NCBI GenBank assembly: GCA_965223845.1
Contig: CBDCXR010000004.1
Location: 992,001-1,056,000 of the forward strand
Reading direction: 5' to 3'
DNA: 64,000 nt
From: Planctomycetota bacterium
GTDB taxonomy: Bacteria; Planctomycetota; UBA8108; SXIK01
Shown here: one piece after another, positions 1 through 9,844 of the stretch
How the letters are laid out: every line of letters starts with the position of its first letter
How positions within the stretch are numbered: position 1 is the stretch's first letter
Notes under the pieces: generated by a model
Database searches by the model: none
Seen by the model: only the letters and a program-made list of their open reading frames with translations
What the model was told of the DNA's origin: nothing
Made by a program: the position numbers and the translations under genes

Positions 1-43
1 GCGTCGCTTTGTCACGTTCTTCTGAGTGCGAACGAGTTCATCT

Positions 44-1528
44 ATGTCGACTGATCGAACGCAGCCCCGGTTTCCCTGCGGACTCAGCCGCCGCGAGCTC
101 CTCTGGGAGATGGGGGGCGGCTTCGCGGGCACGGCGCTCGCTGCGCTTCTCATCGAGGACGGGTTCTTCGGCGATCGAGTCGCCCACGCGGGCGCACCGC
201 TCGCCCGAGCGACCGGCGCCGGACCGACCGCGCCGCGCCCGCAGCACTTCGCCGCGCGAGCGAAGAGCTGCATCTTTCTCATGATGAACGGCGGGCCGAG
301 CCAGGTGGACACCTTCGACTACAAGCCCGAGCTCGAGAAGTATGCAGGGAAATCGCTCCCGCCCGACAAGCAGTTCATCAATTCGGGCGGGCGGCGTATC
401 GGCTTCCTCACTCCCGCTTGGCGTCCCTTCCGGCCCGGTGGCGAGAGCGGACTTCTCGTCTCCGACTACTTTCCGCGCGTCCGCGAGCACGCCGACAAGC
501 TCGCGGTGATCAAGTCTTGCCACACGGACAGTCACGCGCACGGATCGGCCCTCGTCGCGATGAACACGGGGAGCACGTTCATCGGGCGGCCATCGCTCGG
601 GAGCTGGTGCGTCTACGGTCTCGGGACGGACAACCAGAACCTCCCCGGCTACGTCGTCATGCTCGACCGGCGGGGGGGACCGATCAGCGGACAGCCGAAC
701 TGGTCGAGTGGGTTCATGCCTGCGTCGCTCCAGGGGACGTTGTTCCGGCCGACGGGGGATCCGATCCTCGATCTTCGCGGCCCCGGGCATGTCGATCGCG
801 CGGGGCAGCGACGCCAGCTCGATCTGCTCGCGAAGATCAACGCCGAGCATCTCGAAACGCGCCCTCGCGCGCGCGAGCTCGCCGCGCGGATTCACTCCTA
901 CGAGCTCGCCTTCCGCATGCAGGCCGAAGCACCTGAAGCGGTCGATCTCGAGCGCGAGTCGCTCGCGACGCGAGAGGAGTACGGGATCGGGCGTGAGCCC
1001 ACGGACGAGTTCGGTCGGAACTGCCTCATTGCGCGGCGTCTCGTCGAGCGCGGCGTGCGGTTCGTGCAGCTCTACTCGGGCGGTGGACATCTCGAGGAGA
1101 CGTGGGACGCGCACGAGAGCATCGAGAAGAATCACGGGCGGCACGCCGCCGAGGTGGATCAACCCATCGCTGCGCTTCTCGCCGATCTCGAGCGGCGCGG
1201 GCTCCTCGAGACGACGCTCGTCGTGTGGGGGGGAGAGTTCGGCCGCATGCCATTCAGCGAAGGCAAGGGGGCGCCGGGGCGAAATCACAACCCCTACGGC
1301 TTTAGCACGTGGCTCGCGGGAGGCGGCGCGAAGGGCGGAGTCTCTTACGGGGAGACGGACGAATTCGGCTTCAAGGCCGTTGGTGATCCGGTTCACCTTC
1401 ACGATCTACACGCGACGATTCTTCACCTTCTCGGTCTCGATCACGAGAAGCTGACCTACCTGCATCAGGGACGGAACGACCGTCTCACCGATGTCTACGG
1501 GCGCGTCATCTCCGATGTGATCGCGTAG
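44..1528 (+). CDS. DUF1501 family protein (planctomycete-type, Tat-like N-terminus)
   Basis: SRRELL N-terminus; motifs AKSCIFLMMNGGPSQVDTFDYKP, GRPSLGSW, CLIARRLVERGVRFVQ, VVWGGEFGRMP, GRNHNP, HDLHATILHLLG. Start placed at ATG 44. Confidence 0.9.
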   Translation: MSTDRTQPRFPCGLSRRELLWEMGGGFAGTALAALLIEDGFFGDRVAHAGAPLARATGAGPTAPRPQHFAARAKSCIFLMMNGGPSQVDTFDYKPELEKYAGKSLPPDKQFINSGGRRIGFLTPAWRPFRPGGESGLLVSDYFPRVREHADKLAVIKSCHTDSHAHGSALVAMNTGSTFIGRPSLGSWCVYGLGTDNQNLPGYVVMLDRRGGPISGQPNWSSGFMPASLQGTLFRPTGDPILDLRGPGHVDRAGQRRQLDLLAKINAEHLETRPRARELAARIHSYELAFRMQAEAPEAVDLERESLATREEYGIGREPTDEFGRNCLIARRLVERGVRFVQLYSGGGHLEETWDAHESIEKNHGRHAAEVDQPIAALLADLERRGLLETTLVVWGGEFGRMPFSEGKGAPGRNHNPYGFSTWLAGGGAKGGVSYGETDEFGFKAVGDPVHLHDLHATILHLLGLDHEKLTYLHQGRNDRLTDVYGRVISDVIA

Positions 1529-1784
1529 CCCGAGTTCGGCGATGCCGTGGCGGTACGAGGGCGCGAGGCATCATCGCTGCTACCGCCGCGTTCCACTCGT
1601 GACGGCCGCCGCCGTCTCTTCTCGCGACTGTGTCCCCGACGATCTCCGCGCGATCGCGCTCGCTCCTTTGAAATCGAGCTCGACGGCACTTCATGTACTG
1701 CGCGTCAGGACGCGCGACGATGTTCGACCGCTCGCGACCGGTTCCGGTTGAACTGAACCGCCTCGTCGTCGATGCTGTCGTCCC

Positions 1785-2816
1785 ATGAACGCGCCCTGTG
1801 TTCTCATCAGTCCGGAAGAAGTGCGCGAGCGAGACGGTCCGTGGGTGGAGCGGCTCGTGAGCTCGGGGTTTCGGGTGATCTATCCCGAGGACGCGCGATT
1901 CTCGACGGGGACGCTGGGCGCTGAGACGACCGTGCGCGAGCTCGCGCGCTGCGTCGCGGTCGTCGCCGGGGCCGAGTTCTATGACGAGCCCACGTTCGCC
2001 GCGCTCCCTCACCTGCGCGTCGTCGCCCGTGCGGGCGTCGGGTACGATCGCGTCGACACCGAGGCGGCCACGGTCCGCTCGGTCGCGGTGACGATCACGC
2101 CGAACGCCAACCACGAGAGCGTGGCCGAGCACGCGCTGGGGCTCCTGCTCAGCGTGACTCGCGAGATCGGAGCGTGTGATCGCGAGATTCGCACGGGTGG
2201 GTGGCGCCGGCGCATCGTTCGACCGCTGCGGGGCTGCACTCTCGGCCTCCTCGGCCTCGGCCGGATCGGGCGAAGTCTCGCGGTTCGAGCGCGCGCGCTC
2301 GGAATGACCGTCATCGCGCACGATGTCGCTCCCGATCGAACGTTCGCGGAGACGAACGGAGTCGAGATTGTGAATCTCGACGCTCTCCTCTCCCGCTCGG
2401 ACTACTTGAGTCTCCACTGTCCCCTGACGGATGAGACGCGCGGGATACTCGACCGCGTCGCGATCAGCCGCATGCGCGATGGTGCGATCGTGATCAACAC
2501 GGCTCGCGGCGACCTGGTCGTCGAAGAGGATCTCGTCGCCGCGCTCCGGTCGGGGAAGCTCGGCGGTGCGGGACTCGACGTCTACCGAACGGAGCCGCTC
2601 ACACCGGACCATCCTCTCGTCGAGATCGAAACCGTCGTGCTCACGCCTCACATCGCGAGCGCGGACTCGACGTCGATCGAGCAGATGGCGTTCGAGGCTG
2701 CCGACTCGATCGCACGTCTCGCTGCCGGCGTCTGGCCGCAAGGCGCCGTCGTGAACGATTCGATTCGGCAGTCTTGGCGCTGGTCGCCGATCGAGCGCTG
2801 CGGCGACGGTCGTTGA
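1785..2816 (+). CDS. D-isomer-specific 2-hydroxyacid dehydrogenase (SerA/phosphoglycerate dehydrogenase-like)
   Basis: ARAGVGYD, NHESVAEH, Rossmann GLLGLGRIG, SLHCPLTDETRG, INTARG, GAGLDVY-xx-EP, TPHIA motifs. Confidence 0.88.
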   Translation: MNAPCVLISPEEVRERDGPWVERLVSSGFRVIYPEDARFSTGTLGAETTVRELARCVAVVAGAEFYDEPTFAALPHLRVVARAGVGYDRVDTEAATVRSVAVTITPNANHESVAEHALGLLLSVTREIGACDREIRTGGWRRRIVRPLRGCTLGLLGLGRIGRSLAVRARALGMTVIAHDVAPDRTFAETNGVEIVNLDALLSRSDYLSLHCPLTDETRGILDRVAISRMRDGAIVINTARGDLVVEEDLVAALRSGKLGGAGLDVYRTEPLTPDHPLVEIETVVLTPHIASADSTSIEQMAFEAADSIARLAAGVWPQGAVVNDSIRQSWRWSPIERCGDGR

Positions 2817-2862
2817 GATAACAGCTGTCGTCTAGGCTCTCCCCGCGCGAAGGAATCCGTCG

Positions 2863-4395
2863 CTATCCCTTCGTCGAGCCTCGCCGGCCTAGCCGCAGGG
2901 CGATCGCGACGCTCACGATCGCCGTAAAGCCGAGTCCGCCGAGCGCAAGTCCCCGACTCTCCGACTCCCAGTAGCCTTTGAAACCGAACGCGACGAACGC
3001 CACCGCCCCGATGGCAACGAGAGAGGCGAGTGCCGGATGCATGCGCAGTCCGCGGGGGAGGAAGCGCCGCTCCATCCAAAGGAGGGACGCGCAGAGGATG
3101 CCGCAGAGAAGGACACCGGTGAACAGGTTGGCGGGGGTCAAGACGGCGAGGAGGATCGGCGGTCGTCCTTCGCCGCCGGCTCGGCGGTAGAGTGCGAGGA
3201 CGACGAGCAGGGCGAGCGCCGCGCCGATGAGATAGACGAGCGTCGCGCGCCGAACCGCGGGCAGCTTCGCGTCGCTCCATCCGGCGACGCGGATCCCCTC
3301 GGCCGCCATCGTGAGGCCGACCTCCAAAGTTCCGTACAGGGTTCCGAACATCGCGAGGAACGCTCCGGCGACATAGAGTGGAAAGAGCCACGGATGGAGC
3401 TCGGTCACGAGACGAGCCTGGAGATTGAGGAGATTGTGATCGTCGGGTATTTGGCGGTCGGGACCGAGGACGAGCGCGCCGCACGCGACGAACACGGCGC
3501 TGAAGAGGACGACGACGAGAAAGCTGAGGCTGCAGTCGATGACGGCGGCTCGCGTCCAGAGACGGGCCGGATGGCGCGGGTCGCCGGCGATGCGCTCGAG
3601 CTCATCGCGACTCGGCGAGGGGCCCGACGAGTAGCCCCACGCCTTTTCCCGGAGAAAGCTCACGTAGGCGAGATAGTCGTAGCCCGCTCCTCCGATCACG
3701 CCGACGTAGCGCGTCGTCTCGACCCAGACCGGCTGGGCGGCGATGTCCGGATGCGTCTCGCCGAGCCAGGGCGGGTACTCGAGACGCGAGGGAATGAACC
3801 CTCGGGCGATTCCAAGCCAGTCGGGGTCGTAGAGGATGAGAGTGATCCCCGCGCACGCGAGGAGCGCGGCGACGACCGTGAGCTGGACCCGCTCGAGCGC
3901 GGTGTACCCGCCGGCGAAGGCGAGCGCGAAGACCGCGACGAGCGACCCGGCGCCCCACAGCGAATCTTCCGCCCCGCCGAGACTCCCCGCGCTGCCGCTC
4001 GCCCAGGACGAGAGATTGCCGAGGACGCTCGCGTGGAAGCTGATCCAGATCGGGATGCAGACGACCGCGAGCAGACTGAGCGAAATCGGGAGCCAACCGC
4101 GCGGACCGGGAAAGTCCGTCAGTCGTTCGAGGGGGTGCTTGCCAGTGAGGACGATCTGACGAGCCGCCGCGACGACGAGCGCCCACTTGAGAAGCGAGAT
4201 CACCGTGAAGAGGAAGAGAACGTCGTAACCGAAGAGGACCCCACCGCGCGTCGAGAAGATCAGCTCGCCCGTCCCGATCGTGAGCGAGGCGACGATCGCT
4301 CCGGGGCCGAAGACCGTGAGCCATCGCGCGGGGTTGGCGCTCACGAGGGCGGGGAGTGGAGGCGGAGGCGACGGCGTTGGTGCTCGCTCTCGCAT
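2863..4395 (-). CDS. Nramp/MntH-like (APC superfamily) membrane transporter
   Basis: FGPGAIVASLTIGTGELI N-terminal motif followed by many hydrophobic segments. Confidence 0.7.
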   Translation of the reverse strand: MRERAPTPSPPPPLPALVSANPARWLTVFGPGAIVASLTIGTGELIFSTRGGVLFGYDVLFLFTVISLLKWALVVAAARQIVLTGKHPLERLTDFPGPRGWLPISLSLLAVVCIPIWISFHASVLGNLSSWASGSAGSLGGAEDSLWGAGSLVAVFALAFAGGYTALERVQLTVVAALLACAGITLILYDPDWLGIARGFIPSRLEYPPWLGETHPDIAAQPVWVETTRYVGVIGGAGYDYLAYVSFLREKAWGYSSGPSPSRDELERIAGDPRHPARLWTRAAVIDCSLSFLVVVLFSAVFVACGALVLGPDRQIPDDHNLLNLQARLVTELHPWLFPLYVAGAFLAMFGTLYGTLEVGLTMAAEGIRVAGWSDAKLPAVRRATLVYLIGAALALLVVLALYRRAGGEGRPPILLAVLTPANLFTGVLLCGILCASLLWMERRFLPRGLRMHPALASLVAIGAVAFVAFGFKGYWESESRGLALGGLGFTAIVSVAIALRLGRRGSTKG

Positions 4396-4432
4396 CGTCG
4401 ATTCGCCTCGATTCCGGCGCTTCGCTCCGCGT

Positions 4433-5863
4433 CTACGAATCGACGGGCACGATCCGAGCGCCGCCGTCGTCGCTGGGCTCGACTCGTACGTCGACCGTGT
4501 ACCTCGACTCCGCGCCCACGAGGCGGCGCGCCAACTCGTCCGCGTCGAGAGCCGCGAGCGGTGAGATCTCGACCCGGCCCGTCACTTCGATTCCCGCCCG
4601 CGCGAGCCACTTGCGGTGCTCCGCAACGAGCAGCTCCTGCGCACTCTCGAGAGAGTCGTCACCACTTGCGTTCTTGATCGGAGCGAACTCCTCTTCGCGG
4701 ACGACTTCGAGGGCGAAGCTCGAGCTCGCCGCGGGAATCGCGTCGAAGACGAACTTCTCGAACTTTCGTCCCGGGATCTCGGCGGTCGCTCCGTCGGCGG
4801 AGAGCGCCGGTATGTTCTTCTTCGCGACGTGATACGGGAGGTCCGCGCCGCCCTGGGCGATGCTTCGGACGAACTCGAGCTCGAACGCGTGAATCGCAAT
4901 GTTTCCCGCCCAGTAGTAGAGCTCGCCGTCCGCAGTTCTTCTTTTGGCGTCCGCGGGAAGAAGATCGCTGTACTCTACGACGCGCGTGATTCCGTCGCGT
5001 ACGGCGAATACACCGATCTTCTCCTCGGGCTTACTCCGCCGCAGCACCTTCGATGACACCGGCGCTCCGGAGAGCCGGTGAAGCCCGAGAAAGGTCGGGT
5101 CCGCCATCCGGATCAGCAAGTTGTCGACTTGATGGAAGAAGATGCACTCGATCTCGCGAGCGGCCATGTCGTCGAGACTTCCGCTTCGCGCGAGGGCGTC
5201 GAAGATCCCGCCGTGTCCGTCGGGACTCATGAAAGGTGCGCCCGCCTCGGCGAGGAGGAGCTTGCCGTCGAGGTCGACCGCCGGGAGCTGACCTTGGACG
5301 AAGAAGGAAACGTCGTTTGGAGCGAGCCCGAAACAATCGGCTTCGACGAAGTGCTGCTTCGTTGCGGCGTCATTCGCCGCGCTCGTCATGATGTACCAGG
5401 GCACGGCGCGACCGAGCTGATGCTGCAGCGCGAGGAGACGCTCGCCTTGAATCTGAAAGAGGCTCTTCCCACTCAAGGGACCAGCTCGAAGCGCGCCCTT
5501 GGGACCGTCGAACCCGAGCCGACTCGCCTGGCCGCCGGCGACGAGCACCGCAGCGACCTTTCCCTCGGCTACGAGTCGGCGCCCCTCTTCGAGGGCCTCC
5601 CGCCGAGTAGCAAACGGCGGCTCGTCCCCCGTCCGAAGTGCGTCCGCCGGCTCCAGGTTCGTCGCCGGCCCGGACGTGCCCGAGTCGAGTCGCGGGCTCG
5701 ATCCCGATGCCAGCTCGGTCACCAGGTCGAGGTCGATCGACGCCAGTTGCCGGTAGAATCGATCTCGTGCCTCCGGATCGAGAGCGTCCGAAAATCGAAA
5801 CACGTGCTCTTGGCCCGCGTCTCTATAGATGCGACGGAGTTCTTCTTCGCGAGGTAGGCTCAA
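4433..5863 (-). CDS. UDP-N-acetylglucosamine/UDP-sugar pyrophosphorylase (UDPGP type 1, UAP-like)
   Basis: AGGQASRLGFDGPKG, PWYIMTS, SPDGHGG, QVDN, VVEYSD, GNIAIH, KFEKFVFD, EFAPIKN motifs; start placed at TTG 5863 with GGAGG 7 nt upstream. Confidence 0.85.
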   Translation of the reverse strand: MSLPREEELRRIYRDAGQEHVFRFSDALDPEARDRFYRQLASIDLDLVTELASGSSPRLDSGTSGPATNLEPADALRTGDEPPFATRREALEEGRRLVAEGKVAAVLVAGGQASRLGFDGPKGALRAGPLSGKSLFQIQGERLLALQHQLGRAVPWYIMTSAANDAATKQHFVEADCFGLAPNDVSFFVQGQLPAVDLDGKLLLAEAGAPFMSPDGHGGIFDALARSGSLDDMAAREIECIFFHQVDNLLIRMADPTFLGLHRLSGAPVSSKVLRRSKPEEKIGVFAVRDGITRVVEYSDLLPADAKRRTADGELYYWAGNIAIHAFELEFVRSIAQGGADLPYHVAKKNIPALSADGATAEIPGRKFEKFVFDAIPAASSSFALEVVREEEFAPIKNASGDDSLESAQELLVAEHRKWLARAGIEVTGRVEISPLAALDADELARRLVGAESRYTVDVRVEPSDDGGARIVPVDS

Positions 5864-6073
5864 CCGGGGCCTCCGGTGCGGTCGATCGTGAAGCGGGTAC
5901 GAAGACTGCTCTTCATCCGTCCCGAAGGATAACCATCGGCATCGGATCCTTCCACCGCCACCGACGAAGCGGCGGGACGAGGGGAGCGGAACACGGAGAG
6001 AGTACCGAATCCGGACGGAGGTGACCGGGACCGAATCGCGGCGACGCGGTTCGATCGAAAGGAGACGGTTGCC

Positions 6074-7039
6074 ATGACGCACTCGAGATTGAGTTCTCAC
6101 GGGACGACGACAACTCGTCTCCCCGGGCGATCGCGGCCGCTCCGATGGCGCGCCGCCGCGACGGCGCTCGCCCTCTCGGCGGTCCCCGGATGGGGACATC
6201 TCTACGCTGGCGAGATTCCGCGCGGCAGCTTCGTCGCGGCCGGATTCCTTGCGGTCGTGTGGCCTCTGGCGGTCCTCTGCTGCGTCGTCTGGTCCTTCTC
6301 CGCTGCCGCGCCGCTCTGGATCGGGGGAGTTCTATTCGGACTCTCGCTTTTGAGCGGACTCCCGCCGGCGGGACGGCTGCTGCTTTCTCGGACGCCTCGG
6401 TGCGATCTCTCGGGTGAGCCGGTACCCCATTCCGGGGCGAGCGCGATCGTTTTTGCCGCGCACGGGTTTCTTTGCCTCTCCCTCCTCGTGATCGAGACGG
6501 TTTGGCTGCTCGCGGGAAGCTTGGCGGTCGCTCCCGTTCGCACCGACGCCCTCCTCCCCGAGCTCGAGAGCGGAACGGAGGTTCGCACCCTCGTTTCGAC
6601 CTATATCCAGCCCGTCCACGGAGACGTCGTCCTCTTGGCCGAGCGCGTGTGCGACCGCTGCGCGACCGGCGCTCCGGAGCGAATCCTCGCCCGCGTGCTC
6701 GCGAAACCCGGCGACACGGTCGAACGATCGGGCTCGACGCTCATCGTCAACGGAATCGAGGTCGACGACGATCCCGGCGCGCGGCGACTCGAGCTCGAGC
6801 AAGCGGGTCGCCGCGATCGGCGTTATCGGGCGATCCGCCACCTCTTCGCCGCGACGGTCGACCTGAGCGAAGGCGAATGGACGGGAGTGCCGCGTCGCGG
6901 CGATGCGTGGCGGTGCATTCTTCCGAAAAACGTCTACCTCGTCGTCCCGGACATCGAGCTCGAGCGAACGGGCGAGACGGAAGAGCTCTGGCCCGTCCGC
7001 GGTGAGGAGGTCCTCGGACGCGCGCTCTTTCGACGTTGA
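6074..7039 (+). CDS. Membrane protein with degenerate signal peptidase I (S26)-like domain
   Basis: N-terminal PGWGHLYAG TM module, several TM helices, then S26-like boxes LLPELESG, GDVV, RVLAKPGDTV, LIVNG, ILPKNVYLVVPD, GEEVLGRA; catalytic Ser and Lys not present. Confidence 0.55.
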   Translation: MTHSRLSSHGTTTTRLPGRSRPLRWRAAATALALSAVPGWGHLYAGEIPRGSFVAAGFLAVVWPLAVLCCVVWSFSAAAPLWIGGVLFGLSLLSGLPPAGRLLLSRTPRCDLSGEPVPHSGASAIVFAAHGFLCLSLLVIETVWLLAGSLAVAPVRTDALLPELESGTEVRTLVSTYIQPVHGDVVLLAERVCDRCATGAPERILARVLAKPGDTVERSGSTLIVNGIEVDDDPGARRLELEQAGRRDRRYRAIRHLFAATVDLSEGEWTGVPRRGDAWRCILPKNVYLVVPDIELERTGETEELWPVRGEEVLGRALFRR

Positions 7040-7405
7040 GGGCTCGCCTCGGTTCGACGACCCCTTTTTACACCGACCGAACACGCGCGCGTCGAAGCCC
7101 CCGTAGATCGACGCCGAAGCCGCGATTCGAGCGCACGCGAATCGCGCCGTTCACACCGCGGTTCGCGCGCCGCCGAGTGCGGATGAACGGTTTCCGCAAT
7201 CGGTCCGGTTGTCCGACTTCGGACTCGGCCGAGAAACCGCTCGGTTGGACGAATCAAGGGGCGTTTTGTAGTCTTCAATCGAACGGAAACGGGGGTGCGC
7301 GCTGAGACCTGAGCTCGCGAACTTTTATCGCGGGCGCGAGGCGTTTCGGCGCACGAGGAACGGTAGAAACGCGATCGACAGAGCTCGCCGGAGGGAAAGA
7401 ATCCC

Positions 7406-7687
7406 GTGGAGAAGAGAGAACCCACCCGCCCCCGCTATCTCGACGAGCTCGACGAGTACGAGGACAGCTTCGACGAATCCATCGACGCCGACGCGACCTG
7501 CTCGGAGAACGAGCACGCGATTCGGTTTCTCCTCAACTCGATCAACGCGACGATCTTCTCGAGCGGCGAAGATTACGACGGCGCCCTCGATGAATTCTTC
7601 CCGCAGATTCAGGCCCTCGGACATCTCGTTGGAGCGAGAAGCCTCGACGAGGTGAGTTCCTTCCTCCGCGATCGTCGCCACTGGTAG
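7406..7687 (+). CDS. Hypothetical small acidic protein
   Basis: 93-aa ORF with protein-like composition, GAGGGA upstream; no recognisable motif. Confidence 0.5.
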   Translation: MEKREPTRPRYLDELDEYEDSFDESIDADATCSENEHAIRFLLNSINATIFSSGEDYDGALDEFFPQIQALGHLVGARSLDEVSSFLRDRRHW

Positions 7688-7721
7688 CGGCCGGGCGTTC
7701 CGGCCCCGACGCCGTGGGTGA

Positions 7722-8171
7722 TCAGGAGCGCTGGAGGCCGTCGATGATGTCGCGGAGCGTGCGGAAGATGACGCTCCGATCGTCCGGATTCCAGGAGAGG
7801 AGTCCGAGCACGAGCTCGCGGTGACGGCTCTCCGGCAGCTGGGCGGCTCGGCGCAGCACGTCGGCGAGCGCGAGCAATCGAAGCTCGACTTCACTGGCTC
7901 GAGGCTCATCCGAGGCGCGAATCGGGGCGAGCAGCTCGCGCACCGGGCAGACGCAGACCCCTCGGAGCTCCTGACAGACATCCCCGATCCGGTCGTTCTG
8001 ATGGCGCCGGAACCCGTCGGTCAGACCCGATTGGACGCGCCGGAACGTCGGCTCGTCCACGTGGGGATACGACGCGTACTTGCCGACGACGGTCGCGACG
8101 CAAAAGGCCACGCCGTTTGCGATCTTCCAGGCTTCCTGCTCGAGGCGGGGGGAGTCCTCGGTCGGTTGCAT
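7722..8171 (-). CDS. Hypothetical protein
   Basis: 149-aa ORF with helical-looking sequence, ATG start, convergent with the preceding ORF. Confidence 0.5.
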   Translation of the reverse strand: MQPTEDSPRLEQEAWKIANGVAFCVATVVGKYASYPHVDEPTFRRVQSGLTDGFRRHQNDRIGDVCQELRGVCVCPVRELLAPIRASDEPRASEVELRLLALADVLRRAAQLPESRHRELVLGLLSWNPDDRSVIFRTLRDIIDGLQRS

Positions 8172-8522
8172 CCAAGACGTTCCCTGGTGAAGAGTGACCG
8201 CTCCATCTTAGTCCCCTCCCGGGGGGTTGTCTCGTTCGGCGGAAGCCGAGACTCGGGCACCGACTCGACGGGACAGGGGCGTCCTCGCGCCGGCGACACA
8301 GCCGCGGCTCGGTGCCTGTTCTGGCGCTGATCGGGTGTTGGTCGGATCCCGCGCGCGTTTTGCCCGCGGCATTCTCGCCGGCCCCTTCGGATCGAAGCTT
8401 GGGTTAGAATCCGGCGGGCGGTGCCCGACCGGAACGTGCGCGACGAGCCCGGGGTGAGCGGCCCCGGCAGGGGCGGACCGCCGCTCTTCGGCGTCGCCGG
8501 AGAACACAGCGAGAGAGATCGA

Positions 8523-9227
8523 ATGCACATCAGCGACGGAGTGTTACCGCTCGAGGTCGTCGTGGGCGGATTCGCGCTCAGCGGAGTCGGCCTAGCCGCG
8601 TCGCTGCGTCGATTCGACGACTCTCGCGCACCGGAGCTCGGTGTTCTCGCAGGGCTCTTCTTCGTCGCGTCGTCGTTCAGCGTTCCGGCGGTCCCGGGAT
8701 CCGTGCACTTTCTCCTCAACGGCCTTCTCGGAGTGGTGCTTGGCCTCGCCGCGATTCCGTGTATCTTCGTCGGTCTGTTCTTTCAGGCGGCGTTTCTCGG
8801 CCACGGCGGCCTCACGACGCTCGGTGTCAACACCGTAGTGCTGGGATCCGGTGCGCTCGCGGCGCACGCGGCGTTTCTCGCGATCTCGGGCCGTAAACGA
8901 GGAGCTCGTGGAGTGGCGGCGGCATTCGTCGGCGGGGCGAGCGCGGTGATCGTCTCGGCGCTCGTGTTCGTTCTCGTCTTGTCGCTCGCGGGACGAAGCG
9001 AAACGGTCGCGGCGTCGGCGCTGGTTCTGCCGCATCTCGTGCTCGCCGTGCTCGAGGGTGTACTCGTCATGAGCGCGAGCTCGCTTATCCTGCGTGTACG
9101 GCCCGAGCTGTTTTCGCGAGAGCGGAAACCGGCGGGACGGAGTCCAAGGGATGGTGCGATCGAACGAGGCCCGGCGAATGAGCCGGATCCGGAGCGGCCG
9201 GCGCGCGCCGACGCACGCGTCGAGTGA
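8523..9227 (+). CDS. cbiM: ECF Co/Ni transporter substrate component CbiM/NikM
   Basis: Signature N-terminus MHISDGVL, SVHFLLNGLLG, FFQAAFLGHGGLTTLGVN, EGV motifs. Confidence 0.88.
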   Translation: MHISDGVLPLEVVVGGFALSGVGLAASLRRFDDSRAPELGVLAGLFFVASSFSVPAVPGSVHFLLNGLLGVVLGLAAIPCIFVGLFFQAAFLGHGGLTTLGVNTVVLGSGALAAHAAFLAISGRKRGARGVAAAFVGGASAVIVSALVFVLVLSLAGRSETVAASALVLPHLVLAVLEGVLVMSASSLILRVRPELFSRERKPAGRSPRDGAIERGPANEPDPERPARADARVE

Positions 9228-9292
9228 GCTCGTCGTGAGCCGGCGATTCGAATCGAGGCCGATCGAGTCGGAGAGGCGGGATGGATCGATCG

Positions 9293-9844
9293 ATGAAAGG
9301 AATCGGGATGCAATCGTCACTCATGCGGTACGGCATAGGTTTTTTCGTCGCGATCGGGATGGCATGGTCCGTCTCACCGCGAGGGGCATACGCCCATGGA
9401 CTCGACGTCGACGTCTACGCGGATGATGCGAGCTTGATCGTCCAAGTCCGCTTCGAGGACGGCGGACCCGTCGCCGGAGCGAGCGTTCGGATCGATACGA
9501 AGGCAGCGGGAGGGGAGTCGCAGACGCTCGTCGAGCTGCGAACTCCGCCGAGCGGAGACATCGCGGTGCCACTCGCGGACCTCGGCGATGCGAGCGCCGG
9601 AGATATCGTGATCGAAGTCAGCGATGCGGAAGGGCACCACGAGGACGTGGCGATCACTCGGGCGCAGCTCGCGGAGAGAGGCGAAGCCGGGAAGCGGCGA
9701 CATCTCGGCGGCTCGGATCACGGCGCGCTCTCGGCGTGGCCGACGTGGACACGACAGGTGATCGGTCTCGCCGCGATCGCGCTCGTCGTTCTCATCGTTC
9801 TCGCCACGCGTCGTTCGAGGGCGCCCGCCGCGCATGACGATTGA
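9293..9844 (+). CDS. ECF auxiliary component (CbiL/NikL-like): signal peptide, small beta domain, C-terminal TM
   Basis: AYA-H cleavage-like site, VRFEDGGPVAGASVRI, EGHHED, C-terminal TM; lies between cbiM and cbiQ; start uncertain (9281/9293/9308). Confidence 0.55.
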   Translation: MKGIGMQSSLMRYGIGFFVAIGMAWSVSPRGAYAHGLDVDVYADDASLIVQVRFEDGGPVAGASVRIDTKAAGGESQTLVELRTPPSGDIAVPLADLGDASAGDIVIEVSDAEGHHEDVAITRAQLAERGEAGKRRHLGGSDHGALSAWPTWTRQVIGLAAIALVVLIVLATRRSRAPAAHDD

